Of a stretch of DNA of 64,000 nt, positions 38,487 to 52,195 are shown in pieces (the stretch's first letter is position 1; each line of letters begins with the position of its first letter). The notes below the pieces were generated by a model. That model ran no database searches. It was given only the letters and a program-made list of their open reading frames with translations, and had not been told where the DNA came from. Source of the stretch: Callorhinchus milii. Taxonomy: Eukaryota. The stretch is taken from assembly GCF_018977255.1 (NCBI RefSeq), contig NW_024704742.1, forward strand, positions 49,478,001-49,542,000. The letters are read 5' to 3'. Position numbers and translations under genes: made by a program.

Positions 38487-41175
38487 TCACAACAACAACA
38501 AAATTACATTTATAGAGTGCCTTTCATGTTGGGAGGACGTCCCAAAGCGCTGAACAGTCAGGTGTCGGGGCCCGAGCATGGGGGAGGGGTGGTGAAGGGG
38601 TGAGGGAAGGGAGAGAGGTGGGAGGGAGACCAAAGGTACGGTCAAAGAGAAGGGTCTTAAGACCGGCCTTGAAGGAGGCAAGGGAGGAAGCGAGGTGAAG
38701 GATCTGTGGGATGGAGTTCCAGAGTGTGGGGGCAGAGAGGCTGAAAGCCCGGCCACCGATGTAGGGCAGGTCAGGTGGGAGACATGGAGCAGGCCGGAGC
38801 CCGCTGAATGGAGGGAGTCAACAGGTTAGAGAGGTAGGAGGAGGCAAGGCCATGGATGGTCTTCAAGGTGAGGATGAGGATCTTGAACTCGATCCTTTGG
38901 GGGATGGGGAGCCAGTGGAGTTGGGCGAGGGTGGGAGTGATGGGGTCACGGAGCCTGGTGCGTGAGAGTACACGAGCTGCAGAGTTTTGGATGATCTGCA
39001 GCTTTTGAAGGGAAGAGTTGGGAAGGCCGATGAGGAGGGATTTCCCGTAATCGAGCCTTGATGTGATGAATGCGTGGGTGAGGGTTTCGGCAGCCTGAGG
39101 GGTGAGGCAGTGACAGAGTCTGGCAACGTTGTGGAGGTGGTAGTAGGCAGTGCCGGTCATGGCGCGAATGTGGAGAAGAAAGGACAGTTCAGGGTCAAAG
39201 AAAGGCAAGGTTCCTGACTGGTTCAGTGAGGTTGAGTGTGCAGCCGTGGGGCTGATGCTGCCAGCGCCTGAGGTGCGGAGGCGTTGGCGCGAGCCAATCA
39301 GGAAGGCCTCAGTCTTGCTGACGTTGAGTTGGAGAAAGTTGTCCCTCGTCCAGGACTGATGTCGGACAGGCAGTCAGTCAGGATGCCAGTAGTCCTGGAG
39401 TTCAGGGCAGAGGCAGAGAGATAAAGTTGGGTGTCATCCGAATACATGTGAAAATTTACCCCATGTCTGCGGATGACCCTCACCTACAAGGCCATTCACG
39501 GCCTTGCTCCCTCCTACCTCTCCAACCTACTATCCCCCTACCTACCTGCCCGTACCCTCCGTTCCTCTGGCTCCGGTCTGCTCCACATCCCCCGCCCCAA
39601 CCACCCTACCATCGGTGGCCGGGCCTTCAGCCTCTCAGCTCCGAGGCTCTGGAACTCTATCCCGCAGTGCCTTCGCCGCCTCCTCCCTTTCCTCCTTCAA
39701 GGCCGTTCTCAAGACCTTTCTCTTTGACCGTGCCTTCCGCTCCCCTCTCGACTCTCTACCCCCTCCTCGCTCTCTCCCTTCCCTCCCCTCACCCTGACCA
39801 TTTCCCCCCTCCTCGCTCCCTCCCTTCCCTCCCCTCACCCTGACCATTTCCCCCCTGCTCGGGTCCTGACCCAACTGTACAACGCCTTGGGACGTCCTCC
39901 CGACGTGAAAGGCGCTCAATAAATGGAATCTTGTTGTTGTTGTTGTTGTTGTTGATGATGTCACCAAGGGAAAGCATATAGAGGGTGAAGAGGAGGGGAC
40001 CGAGGACAGAGCCCTGAGGAACGTCGCACAAGACAGTGCAGGGGCTGGAGGAGAAGCCATTTGCCGCGACAAAGCGGAGGCGCTGTGAAAGGTAGGACCT
40101 GAACCAGTCAAGGACAGAACCTTGAAGGTTGAGGTGAGAGGAGAGGCGGTGGAGGAGGATTGAGTGGTCCATGGTATCAAAGGCGGCGAAGAGGTCGAGG
40201 AGGATGAGGAGGCAGAGGGAGCCCTGGTCACACATGGTCAGGATGTCATTTGAGACCTTGACCAGAGCAGTTTCCATGGAGGAAAGTGAGAGGAGAGGAA
40301 AAGGCGAAGCTGGGAGGCAACGGCTCCCTCAAGGATAGGAAGGGGAGATTTGAGATGGGCTGGTAGCAAGATAGCTGTGATGGGTCGAGGGAAAGTTTCT
40401 TCAAGGTGGGGATGATAGTGGCTATTTTGAGAGGGGAAGGAACAGTGCCAGATGACAGGGAGAGGTTAATGATGTCGGCGAGTAGTGGGGCAAGTAGGTG
40501 GAACTGGGATTTAAAGAGAGGGGTGGGGATGGGTCTAGGGAGCAGGTGGTGGGCTTCATGGAGGTTACTGTGTTGAAGGCAGGGTTTGACAGATTCAAAG
40601 GTGTGGAAGGAGGGATGGGTAGTGGTCGGAGTGTAGGGTTGGGGTAGGGAGGGGTTGGAAGTTGTGAGGACAGTGGCAGCTGAGCGGATTCACTCGATTT
40701 TGGACTCAAGGAAGTCCAGCATTTTCTCGCAGTGAGAGTCAGAGGAAAGTATCTCCGAGGCGTGTCGGGGAGGGTGGAGGACCCGGTTGGTGGTGGAGAA
40801 CAGGAGCCTGGGGTTGCCCTTTGCCTCCAGGATTAATCTGGCGCTTAAGCGAGTGGAGGTGGCTGGTGAACGAAGGTGAGGATCAGAAATAGGAGGCAGT
40901 TCGGGAAGTGAGGGGAGCAAGGACTTTGAGTGTGATGGAGAGGCTACTGTGGAGAAGAGTGAGTGCAGCGAGTGGGTTGTTGCGAGAAGTGGGCCAGAGC
41001 GGGAGGAGTTCAGAGGACTCCAGGGCAGTGCAGAGGGATTGCGGGGAGATCTTCATCCACGGGCGGTAGAAGATGGTGGTAGGTTCTCAGCGCCTTGGGA
41101 CGTCCTCCTGACGTGAAAGGCGCTTTATAAATGGAATCTTGTTGTTGTTGTTGTTGTTTGGTGGCAGTGGGGATA
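38487..41175 (-). mobile_element. Long 5'-truncated L2 LINE (RT domain, frameshifted) hosting two antisense insertions
   Basis: ETALVKVSNDIL, LLDLFAAFDT, VPQGSVLGPLLF, HMYSDDTQLY and HAFITSRLDY; tail at 38487. Confidence 0.93.
39477..39953 (+). mobile_element. Young 5'-truncated L2 insertion with a 5-bp TSD
   Basis: TSD gatga at 39472-39476 and 39954-39958. The uninterrupted host sequence (gcggatgatgtcacc) is visible in the paralogous copy at ~9935. Confidence 0.92.
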
Positions 41176-42109
41176 GTATATTCTGTGAAGCGCTTTGAGA
41201 GAGACGAAGACATGATAAGGCGCTATATCAAATGCAAAGACTATTATTATTATTACATTACCTATGAAGCAAATGAGTCAGATAAAGTATTGGAGAATTG
41301 GGATGGGAATGTTCTCTGTACAAAAGCAATAATGTAATGGTTGATTCGCAGCCGAAGAAAGCACCTTTTGTAACATAAGCTGCACCTCATGCTGGGATTT
41401 CCATGTACATCACATCAGCTGACAGGACCTTTACTATGAGGTGATTTCAGGTCAAGGCAGTCAACATGATCTACATGGAATTCCCTGCAATAAACAAAGG
41501 TTATATTGTGAAGTGTTTTTTCTGGTGACAGCAGGTACTAGTAATGCTCATGCTTTCCTTAGGAGACCTTGACCACCTCAATGCCTCAGTGATATGAAGC
41601 ATTTATGCAGGATGAGGCTCTAAAAAGTTTTAATCAAAGGAGCGCTGTTATTATGATTATAGGTTCACTCAATCATTGTCTGCAATTGTCACGAGTAAAA
41701 TGACACATAATCATTTTAGGGTATTATAGCAGTTTAAAATGCACTTGTGGTCATATTTCTCTATCATTTAATGTAAAAACGTTCAAACTTTTATGCACAT
41801 AATTAAAGTTCATCCAGGTTTACGTCCTTCACTAATGGTTGTAAACCGCTTGATGCTGTGATAGGAGGATGGTAGGGTGGATATTCTAGAACAAGGAGAT
41901 CAAATGGGTCAAAGGGACTTCTTCTTCCAAACCTTTCTTGTGGGATTTTATGTAACTGGCAACACTCAGTAAGGTGGACTGGCAACACTCAAGCACTCTG
42001 GGATGCTACCCAACATGAGGGTATAAATGTAAATTGCTTTTGTTATTCTTGTTGTTGTAAGCTGTAACCATAGTAGAGCTTCCTCTAGCAATAGAAAACT
42101 GATACTACA

Positions 42110-42183
42110 ATCTTATCAAATGGCGGGGCAGGCTCGAGGGGCCGAATGGCCTACTTCTGCTCCTAATTCTTATGTTCTTATGT
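42110..42183 (+). mobile_element. CR1/SINE-type 3' tail
   Basis: ggcggggcaggctcgaggggccgaatggcctacttctgctcctaattcttatgttcttatg. Confidence 0.75.
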
Positions 42184-44985
42184 ACAATACCCCAATTTGC
42201 CTCATACATTATCCCATGATTTACTATAGGCTTTAAGTCAATGGAAATTTTCACTCCTATCTGATACAACATTGCAAACTACTCAAAATGCAACGCTTGA
42301 ATTGTGCATTCATGATAGTTTCACTAAATTGGTCCTACCTGTCTCTCCTCGCTCGAGGCAGACTCTGTGGGTTGAACATTAAGGGATTTTGTGTGAAAAT
42401 ACTGGTGATTCTAATCTGTCTGTACGTCAACTTGAAGTGTGCCCAAATCCAAATTGAGTTGTGAAAGGTTGTCGTGCAGAACAATCTGTCTTCAGGTTTA
42501 ATACTACATTTTGAAAATATTTGAGTTCCTTGGAGCTTTCTTCACTAGATCATCACAGTTATTAATACCAGCAAGTACAACTGTCTGATAGATGACCTTG
42601 AACCAGGAGGATAACTTTAATCTCATTCTGTGACACCATTGTCTGAAATATGCATATTAATTACGCTTTATGGTAGTCAGTGGAATATATCTTTCATTTG
42701 AAAGGGAAGAAACTATTATTTAATGTGGTACATTGTGTGACATTTGATCTTAGACTCAATGTCACTGTACCACATTGAAACTGTTATGAGATGTCAGACT
42801 ATCAGTTAAACCCTGAAAATCCCAAACTACTGAGCGCAGAAAACGTCAGATTTCATCAACTAAAGATAGGATAGCTGTTTAACTCAGCTGGTATCCTACA
42901 AAAGCAGCTTCAGATGTTTCCTTTAAGTTGATATAAATGTAGTCTTATCTCACTCCTCACCAAACAAAGATGCTGATGAAAATCCTTAAAAAACTGCTAT
43001 GGAGCAGTTCTTCAGGGTGATTAGGTCTGAAACCAGTTAATAATCATCAAATAAAATTCCATTGTTTCTTCAATGCGATATATATGACATCAAATACATT
43101 ATGTTATGAAATATTGCAATTTTTCCTCTATTATTTCACAGAGAGCTGTGTTTTATTTGACACATGTTCACAATATTTTGAATATCTGACCAATATTTTA
43201 TTGACCATTATCACAATTCATAGAGCAGTTTAAATTCCAGACTTCAAACAAATCCCCAAGCTCAATTTTAATAAAGTGTTTACTTTTCACAGCATATTTG
43301 AATTTCCATTGAACTTTAATGGAGTTAACTTGTGAAAACAGAGTACATTACAGTCAGTTCCTACTAATGGCAAGTCAAACCTCTCAATACCAACTAAAAT
43401 ACTCTCGGCTGAAATTGCACTTGTCAGGAATTCACCCTTCCAATGACACTGAATGATCACAACATTGGTACAAAGGTGTAATTTTGCACTGAGACCACTT
43501 GACTTTAAGTAAAAGAACACAGCACAACATTTCTTTAAAATACTCAAAGCTAAATCCTTTAGTTAGCTGAATGTGGCTAACTGGAGTAACCTATGTATCA
43601 CAGTGTGTGCTCTGATAAGATATTAGCTTCTACTTGCCTTTTTAGATCAGGCATTTTTGAACATTCTGAGGTGTTTCATATGTGAATTTGGTTCATTGAA
43701 TGATGATTTTTTTTAAACTAGCTTTTGAACAACGTGATATAAGACACTACAACTGCAAATCTTTACAGGGATTTTTTCACACAGGAAATATCCATACAAC
43801 ATGCTCTTAATGGTTTCATCAACTTTTACTTTTTTCATCAAGTCTTTACTACACAAAATTACATTTTGGTAAAGGTTTGATCACAAATTCAAACCTTTAC
43901 CAAGACTGATATGTAACTTTAACATACACTTACATATTTCTGTATGAGAAATTAAAAAAAGCCCAAGTGATAATGTCAATAATATTAAGACAATTAACTT
44001 GGAGGAGTTACTGTGTCTAACAGTGTAGTGCACTGAACTAAACAGCTACTCGGATACAGAGGCAACTACTAGTAATAGTTGGTCAATTTCCCTTTAGAGA
44101 AGTTGCATCCCACTCCCTCACCCACTAATAGTACTGGCTAGTATTTGCTCTTCCATTATAAGGAGTAATGGAATGACATTACTGCTGCTTGAATTCCCTT
44201 CAAATTCAGTTACTAAACTTGACAACATGTGAAGTGCTTTGCAACAATAGCTGTTGTATAATATCAAACAAATCAAATGTAAGGATTATTATTTTCTGTG
44301 TCATCAGAACAAGTTTTAAACCAGGCAATTTCACCTGGTTACACTGAGGTCTAGCTTACATTGATTGCTAAAGTCTTTTCCCACTCTAAAGGTGTAGCAA
44401 AAAGCTCACTATGTCTAGAGGTCAGTATAAAGTAACTATCTCTCTCATACTGTCATGCTCAGAAACTCCAAATGTTTCCCAATGTTTTCAGAATACACAA
44501 AAAAATCATCAAAATGGAAGAAACAAATGCAGAAAGTGTTCGGTGATTGTGATGAGTGCAACATAATGCTAATCGTTTTCCATTATTTCTGAAGAAATAA
44601 CTTTAAAGAGATATTGAACAACTCCAACTTGGTGTTTAGTGCATTGTAGATGGAACTTTTAGAGCTAAAACTATCAAACAGACCACACCGTCATTATCCA
44701 TGTCATTACCCATGACAAAATAGAGAATGCCAATTATCTGCATTATCATTGATCCACATTGGGTTCTGCACTCGTGGACATGGGGCAGTGAGATACTGAC
44801 AAAATCCCAGTCATGCGCATGTCAAAGGTTAGTGAGAACAAAATTTCCCTGCGGTGTGGCTAAATCTTATCCTTGGTATCCTCCTATACAACTTTCTGCA
44901 TGCACACAACTGGATTATTTTGCCTGTGAACAAAGATAAGCATTTTGTTTTTTATTTAACAATCTATTATGTAAGATTGGAGACC

Positions 44986-45015
44986 GAGAAAGAAAGAAAG
45001 AAAGAAAGAAAGAAA
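44986..45015. repeat. (AAAG)n microsatellite
   Basis: gaaagaaagaaag run. Confidence 0.85.
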
Positions 45016-46029
45016 ATTAGAGACACTCAGGGAGACAGTTTTGATTTGGTCAGTCAGGCATCTAACACATGAGGAAACCCATCACCATGTTTAAGAGTAT
45101 CCAAAGACAGTGACAGAGAGAAAGGCAGAAAGAAAAAGATAGTCGAAAGGAGAATGAGAAAGAAAGAGCGAGAAAGAGAGAGGACTAGTGGTAGTGTAAT
45201 GACTCGTGATGGAACAATTATTTAGTTACCACTGTAAGTTTCTATGATGTCCAATTATCAGCACTGTTTGTGGGTAATCAGTTCACTACTGTACGTTTTA
45301 ATCATCTCTTAGGATATTGGCAAATCTGTCATTCTGTAGCAAATTATATTTCTGAATTTTGAAATAAGTGTCTTTGTTGGAGAACTGAATTCACTTCTTC
45401 ACGCTGTGAGAAGACTATTTTGTGAATTATAGCTTGGGAAATAATTGTGCTCGAGGGTAAAGTTAATAGCCAGAATATAATCATGATCCTTTTTATTTTG
45501 ACTGTTCCAGCCCATAAATTAATGCAGTTACTGGTTTTCGTCGTTTTCTTTCTAAGTGATGGATTTAGACTACATTTGGTTCAGAAACTGTCAGAATATC
45601 ATAGCCTGTCTCTCTCTGAGCAAAGTGCTTGTTAAAGCTTTGTTCTTGGAACACAGTACCAAGGCCACATCACATCTATTGAGTCAGTACAGGAAACACA
45701 AAATGGAAACTTTAAACATCAATCCTGTAATTTCAAAGGATTTAACAGCAAATGCGACTAAAAGGCAATATCTGTTTTACACAAAGAAATAGAAACATGA
45801 ATCTAATGGCTGATGCTATTTAATGGCCATCCTTCTTGCTAAAGAATAATGCGTTTGTCTGAAGCCGAAACTTGCCTCAAAATACATGATAATATGTTTA
45901 CTGTCAACATGTGGAACCCTGATAAAATCCCAGTCATGTGCATGTCAAAAGTTAATGAGAACAAAATTTCCCTGCAGTGTAGCTAAATCTTATCCTTGGT
46001 ATCCCCTTGTACAACTTTCTGCATGCACA

Positions 46030-46360
46030 CAAGCGAGAGACCTGGGTTTGATTCCTGGCAGGGCGAAACGTTGGGCAAGTTTCCTTACTCTACTCGTTTA
46101 CCTAGCAGTAAGTAGGAACCCAGTTGTTAGTCGATTGGCGGATCGCTTTTCCGTGGGTAATAATTCCTTCAAAAAAATAATAATAAAATGGTCACTTCAC
46201 TCCATGACTGTTTGTGGGACACTGCTGTGTGCAATTGACTGCCCTGTTTCACCCATCAAATATACCGTCAATTCATTTTACAGTATATTCTGTAAAGCGC
46301 TTTGAGACGTCTCGAAGACGTGATAAGGCGCTATATCAAATGCAAGGATTATTATTATTT
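46030..46360 (+). mobile_element. tRNA-derived SINE (long subtype, 5' end missing)
   Basis: Starts at caagcgagagacctgggtttgattcc, with intact centre and tail. Confidence 0.9.
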
Positions 46361-47249
46361 CTCTCATGTTATGATCAATAAATATAATGTGATATTGCAG
46401 TCTCATATGCCAGGAGTGTTTTGTCTTAAAGAGAATGGAAATGTGACAACATTTGGTATTGGAAATTATTTAAAAACATTCATTTTCATTGTTATATTTA
46501 GGTGACCTTTCCCAATCTTGTTGGCATCATTGGTATCTGGTTGGGTCCTAAGCACACCTTCATGCATAACTTCAACATTGCTTTTCAGTCTGTCTAACAT
46601 ACTTGGCGCCTGAAATGCCTAATCTTGACATGTGAGACCATTTCATCCTTAAATTGAATATTGCGCAGAATTGTGGAACAATGTTGAAATCGTTTTTTTA
46701 ACTTGGAAGGTGGTTATTTTTAAGAACGGTGTAAGGCTGACCTCAAAACTGAATTGAAGGATGCACAATTCTGTGGAATCTTAAGTTTTAGGAGCCAATG
46801 GCTAAAACTAGGTGCAATTTCAGAACTGTGCTCTTTAGTGTTGTGAGAGGGAAAATGTGTGTTCTTCCAAAATGTGTGGAAAACGCTAACAATGGACCCC
46901 AAGGCTCTGAAAATGAAATAGCAATTTCTGGGTAAGGAAGAGCATACATATCACCACTCATGTGACAATCCAGCCCAGAAAATAACTATTTGTACAAATA
47001 AAATATTCTCCCTAAATGGGGTGATATATGCTGTGCTAATTTAAGAAATACTTAAGGAATATCATAAGTTTTACTCTTGCATTTCTTAGATATCACTCTG
47101 AATAACTGAAGAACCCTATATTGACTAGAAAATGATTGTATTCAGGTGAATAGTTTCTCTTTTCACCTCTTGATTAGAAACTCTCCCGATCCGAATCTCA
47201 CAGTATTCTTGCCCAGATATTGACTTAAAATAATAAGTAATCATTAAAG

Positions 47250-47665
47250 TTAAAGAACTATGAATGGATTTGATAAGGTGGATGTTAATAGGTTGTTTTC
47301 ACTTGTTGATGAATCCAAAATGAGGGGGCACCAATATATGTTAACTATAGCAAATCTAAATGGCAGTTTAAAAGTCAAATCTAAAAGGCAGTTTGAAAGT
47401 CAAATTTAAAAGACTTCTTCACACAGAGAACAGTGAAAATGAGGAAATTCCCACTGGAAGCTGTGGTTGAAGCAAAAAGCATCAATATATTTTAGAGAAA
47501 CTTAATGCATACATGAAGGAGGCGGGAATAGAGGAGTATAAAAGTAAGAGGAACATTGGGAATTTGGAGGGGTGTGGGATTGTGTGAAGAATAAACATTG
47601 GCATGGACTAGTTGGGCTAAATGGCATGCTTAGCCACTAAATGGTGTTCTATGCAATTCTATGGT
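47250..47665 (+). mobile_element. CR1 LINE 3' portion
   Basis: Remnants GFDKVD..RLF.L...TRGH and FFTQR; ttctatg tail. Contains a 25-bp tandem duplication at ~47350-47405. Confidence 0.75.
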
Positions 47666-47929
47666 ATTGATCTTTAGAAAATGCCTTACACAATACTGAA
47701 TCAGATATGGAATTCTGCATTGAGGAATAAAAATGCTACTGAAATTCATGCACCCTATGCATTTTACATGGCTACGAAATTAAAGCAGAGTTTAAATCGA
47801 GAAAGTTTTCGTAGCCAGTATTAGTATTTAAGTTAGTGCAATGATGAAACATTAAATATTGTGAATACTTGAAACATTTATCAAACTGAACGATATCACT
47901 TGTTTTGTCCCCTGGTGTTCAGTACAGTT

Positions 47930-48345
47930 AATAACAATAATCCTTACATTTGATATAGCACCACATCATATCTTCAAAATATTTCAAAGTGTTTTATAGG
48001 ATTACTGTGAAGTGCAGTGACTGTGTATCTGCAGGTGAATATGACAGCCAATTTGCTCACAGGAATGTCCCACAAACAGCCATGAAGTGAATAACCAATA
48101 TTATCTAGGAGATTGTTGGCCAGGATACAGGAGAAACTCCCTTCTTTTTTCGAAAGTTCTGCATCCTGCTGAACAGACAGAATGGACCTTGGTTTATTGT
48201 TTAATCCGAAGGACAGCACCTTCAACAATGCAGCAACCCCAGCATGGGATTGGGATGTCAGACTGGATTATGTGAGTTCAGATTCCTGTGGGCTTGAACC
48301 TTCTGATTCAGAGGTGGGAATGCCACCAACTGAGCCAGACTAACA
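47930..48345 (-). mobile_element. Deu-domain SINE
   Basis: Tail, ggagaaactcccttct core and head ...ccaactgagcca. Confidence 0.78.
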
Positions 48346-48377
48346 CCTGTGACTAGTTATAGTGATAATACTAGCAT

Positions 48378-48383
48378 TTTATT
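48378..48383 (-). promoter_or_regulatory. Candidate KCTD8 polyadenylation signal (AATAAA)
   Basis: Plus-strand tttatt reads AATAAA on the minus strand, about 475 nt after the stop codon and just before a DeuSINE. Motif only. Confidence 0.4.
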
Positions 48384-48856
48384 TAGAAGGTTGTAGAATA
48401 TTGGAATATTGAATTAAAAAAAAGTAAAATTTAAGACGTGTCTTGCAAACGAGCATTCAAATACTTGACTCCACATTGTCAATTTCAGGATCACAACACT
48501 CTTGCTACTGACTGGCACTTGACCTGTTCTTAATCTATTAAATTAAGAAGAATTATACGAAGAATTGCACTACGAATGTACAGTTTAGAAGGGATCGCAG
48601 ATGTCTAATCTAAATGTGTGATCCACTGAATCTACCTGCAAATGTTTGTGTTCAATAGAGTCTTTCTAGAAGACAATGTATAACTGATATACAGAGTTGT
48701 GGAACAGAAGTCCCCACTGATTAGCTGACAAACATCCCGTGTTATTTTTCTAAACAGTCTTATCACAATTTAAGGACAGAAAAGATGAGATGGACAGTAG
48801 GCAGTTGAAAACTTCAAAATCTTATTTCGAACTGAATTCAAACTGCAGCAAGTTTC

Positions 48857-49324
<468 letters not shown>

Positions 49325-51799
49325 TCAGAGTTAGAAAAGGGCTTATAACATTCCTCACAGACATTCTGTTACTTTGTTTTACTGCTTCATGCACTGGTAC
49401 AAGACAACAAAACTATACCTTCCTTTTGAAGTCACTAAGGCAAGATGTGGAAGCTCTGTGGTACGACACCCTAACAAATAGTTCACAACCACCTGAGAAA
49501 AAATGGGCATTGGATTACAATCACTTTCAAAACCCAAGACCCAATAACATAAGACGTTTTCAGATGGGGGCTCTTGTTCGAATCTGACTACAGTGTTTGT
49601 ATAGTCAGCTCATAGGGGTAGGCATCAAGCCCTATTTCAATATGAAGAGATGGAGACTACTGCTAGGAAATTAATGCCTATGGACAATGGTGGATAGTTA
49701 TGGGAAGAATTGCAAGGCAGCAACACTATAGAGATCAGATGGCGTTATAAACCGCAATTTGTTTACACTTGTCGGAAGTTCCATTACAAGGCGTACCACC
49801 TTTTAACTCCCTCACACCTCTATTAAAAAATAACAGGCTGAAGTTTTCCTTTCTGCTAATTTTCTCTCCTGCTCGATTATCAGCACTGACATATTCTGGA
49901 TACAGCTTTGCAGGCTCCAACCATATTCCTGGAATCTCACCTAAGTAGCTTTCCAACAGAGGCACCTAGGGCCCAGGACAGCCAACAGGTGCAGGAAGCC
50001 CAGGCTGAACTGTTTACCTCTTCCAATCTGGCGGCATTGAAATCAGATTCATTTAAATATAGCCCATGGAATGTCACATTCAGTAACAAAAAGGCAGCCA
50101 CCAGCAGGAAATCAAGTTGGTGTTACTGAAAATCTTGGAGACAACCACCATTCCAAGCTCAGAGGGAAGAGCTCAAACATGCGACCAATTTTAGCAATAT
50201 AGTAAGTAGATTAAAAAATGTAATGCTTCTTGACACAATTTCAGGACACACACCAGGAAGTGTTTCTTTACTCAGGGTAGTTAACAAGTAGAACAGGATG
50301 TCAGGAAGGATGGTGGAAGCCAGGACACTGGACTCATTTAAACACTGGATGATGCTGTGATGGGGGGACAGTAGAGCAGGTGTTCTGAAGCAATGAGATC
50401 AAATGGGCTGAAGAGCCTTCTTCATCTGAATCAAACTTGTGATCATGTGACATTCATTCATTTACATGATTTTACCTGTGTTATCCCCATATTTACGTAG
50501 CCTACTGAAACTCACATATGAATATCAATAGTGACAAATTTTTGACCTTGGGTCTGTTACTCAGGAATTCAATTACTGACTCCAAAATGTTGGGATTTTT
50601 TATATACAATTATAATTGGGAATAAATGCCACCTGAATCTATAATAGTATAATTTTGCAAGTTAGCGAAATCTAGTCTTAGTTTTGAAATGGCTGTTTTG
50701 TAAATTTCTCTTAAGAACCTACAGAAAACCCAATTCAAATTTGGTAATTTGCCAAGTTCTGGACACTATAAGATGCTACAGAAGCAGAGAAAATCTAGAT
50801 TCAGATGTAACTTCTCCCCATGCCTTCTCTGCTCAAAGGAACACTGGGATAAAGTTTACAGCATTTTGAAATGAACATCAGCGATAGTTTTGATAGACTG
50901 TGTCGCTGTGTCAAAAAGGATTTATATAAACCTTTTTCAGGAAAATAGTCAAGAGCCAGAAGACTCGTGCAGCATATTTTATTATCACAATCTCACCTGT
51001 AAGAGGGTCAGTAATGCATTGAAAGATGATTAATATGTTATGTTGCTCACAAAAAAATAAATAAAAACCTTGCCCACAACTGTTATACATGAATACAATA
51101 CCCTTGACATTTTAATTTTCAGATCAGCGGCATAAATCTCCCACCGATAGAACAAAACAGTTGACACAGCTTTAATAAATCCTTGAGCTATATAGAGTAC
51201 AATAAGAAAATATGCCACGGTACCTAAAATGACACATTTATACCTACAAATTCTATCCAACTCAATCCAGAGAACTGACAAATGCAAAGCATTAGAAAGC
51301 ATAACTAATATATCAATATACCGCTGATAGGGATGACAGTGAACAGTGGTCAATGCTATTGAGCAGTTTTGAAATGCTGTTGACCTATATGTAACTCTTA
51401 TTACACATAAGATATATAATGGATGGTGCACAATTTTTAATACTTCACTTCATATTTGACTGATTTTGAATGGCTACTTATCCTCGCAGCCTGGATACAG
51501 GAAATTTTGAATCCATAAAGCACTGTACCGTAAATAATTCATCACTTGCAGTAATTTATTTATTAGGGTTAAATGTGCCATTTCCCTTGTCTGATTTAAA
51601 AGAATACTTCCATTCACAGCCAAGAATTGCTTAGGGATTTGTTTGTGCTAAATCGGATTTGGTTTAAGTTTGGCTACAATAATTGTTCACATATAATGTG
51701 CATAATTCAGAAGGAGAAATAGGTTCAGATTCTAAGTCCATGTTACAAGTGAGCAGGTTCCACTAAATGTCCCACTTTGTTTCTCTTCTCTCAATTTTT

Positions 51800-52195
51800 G
51801 AGAGCAAGGCCGTGTAAGGCTTTGAAGGTGAAGACCAGGATGTTGAACTGTATCCTCTGAATGATGGGGAGCAGTGGACCCGGGCAAGGATGGTGGTGAT
51901 AGGCCCGCAGAGCCTGGTGTGGGAGAGGACATGGGCTGCAGAGTTCTGGATGGTCTGCAACCTGTGGAAGGTGGAGTTGGGGAGGCTGACAAGCAGGGAG
52001 TTTGGCATACTCGAGCCTGGATGTGATGAACGCGTGGATGAGAGTCTCGGTGGCCTGTGGTGTGAGACAGTGGCGGAGCTTGGCGATGTTGTGGAGATGG
52101 GGAAAGGCGTAGCAGCTCATGACATGGATGTGAGGTATGAAGGACAGCTGAGGATCTAACAAGACGCCAAGGTTCCGTATTGCCTCCATGAGATG
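51800..52195 (-). mobile_element. L2 ORF2 fragment (KCTD8 intron)
   Basis: RNLGVLLDPQLSF..HI...ETLIHAFITSRLEY. Confidence 0.85.

Noticed and set aside
1..48000. GRXCR1 exons expected from recalled human synteny
   Set aside because: I saw no glutaredoxin-like or CxxC-rich peptide in the ORF track or in the regions I translated; short exons could have been missed.
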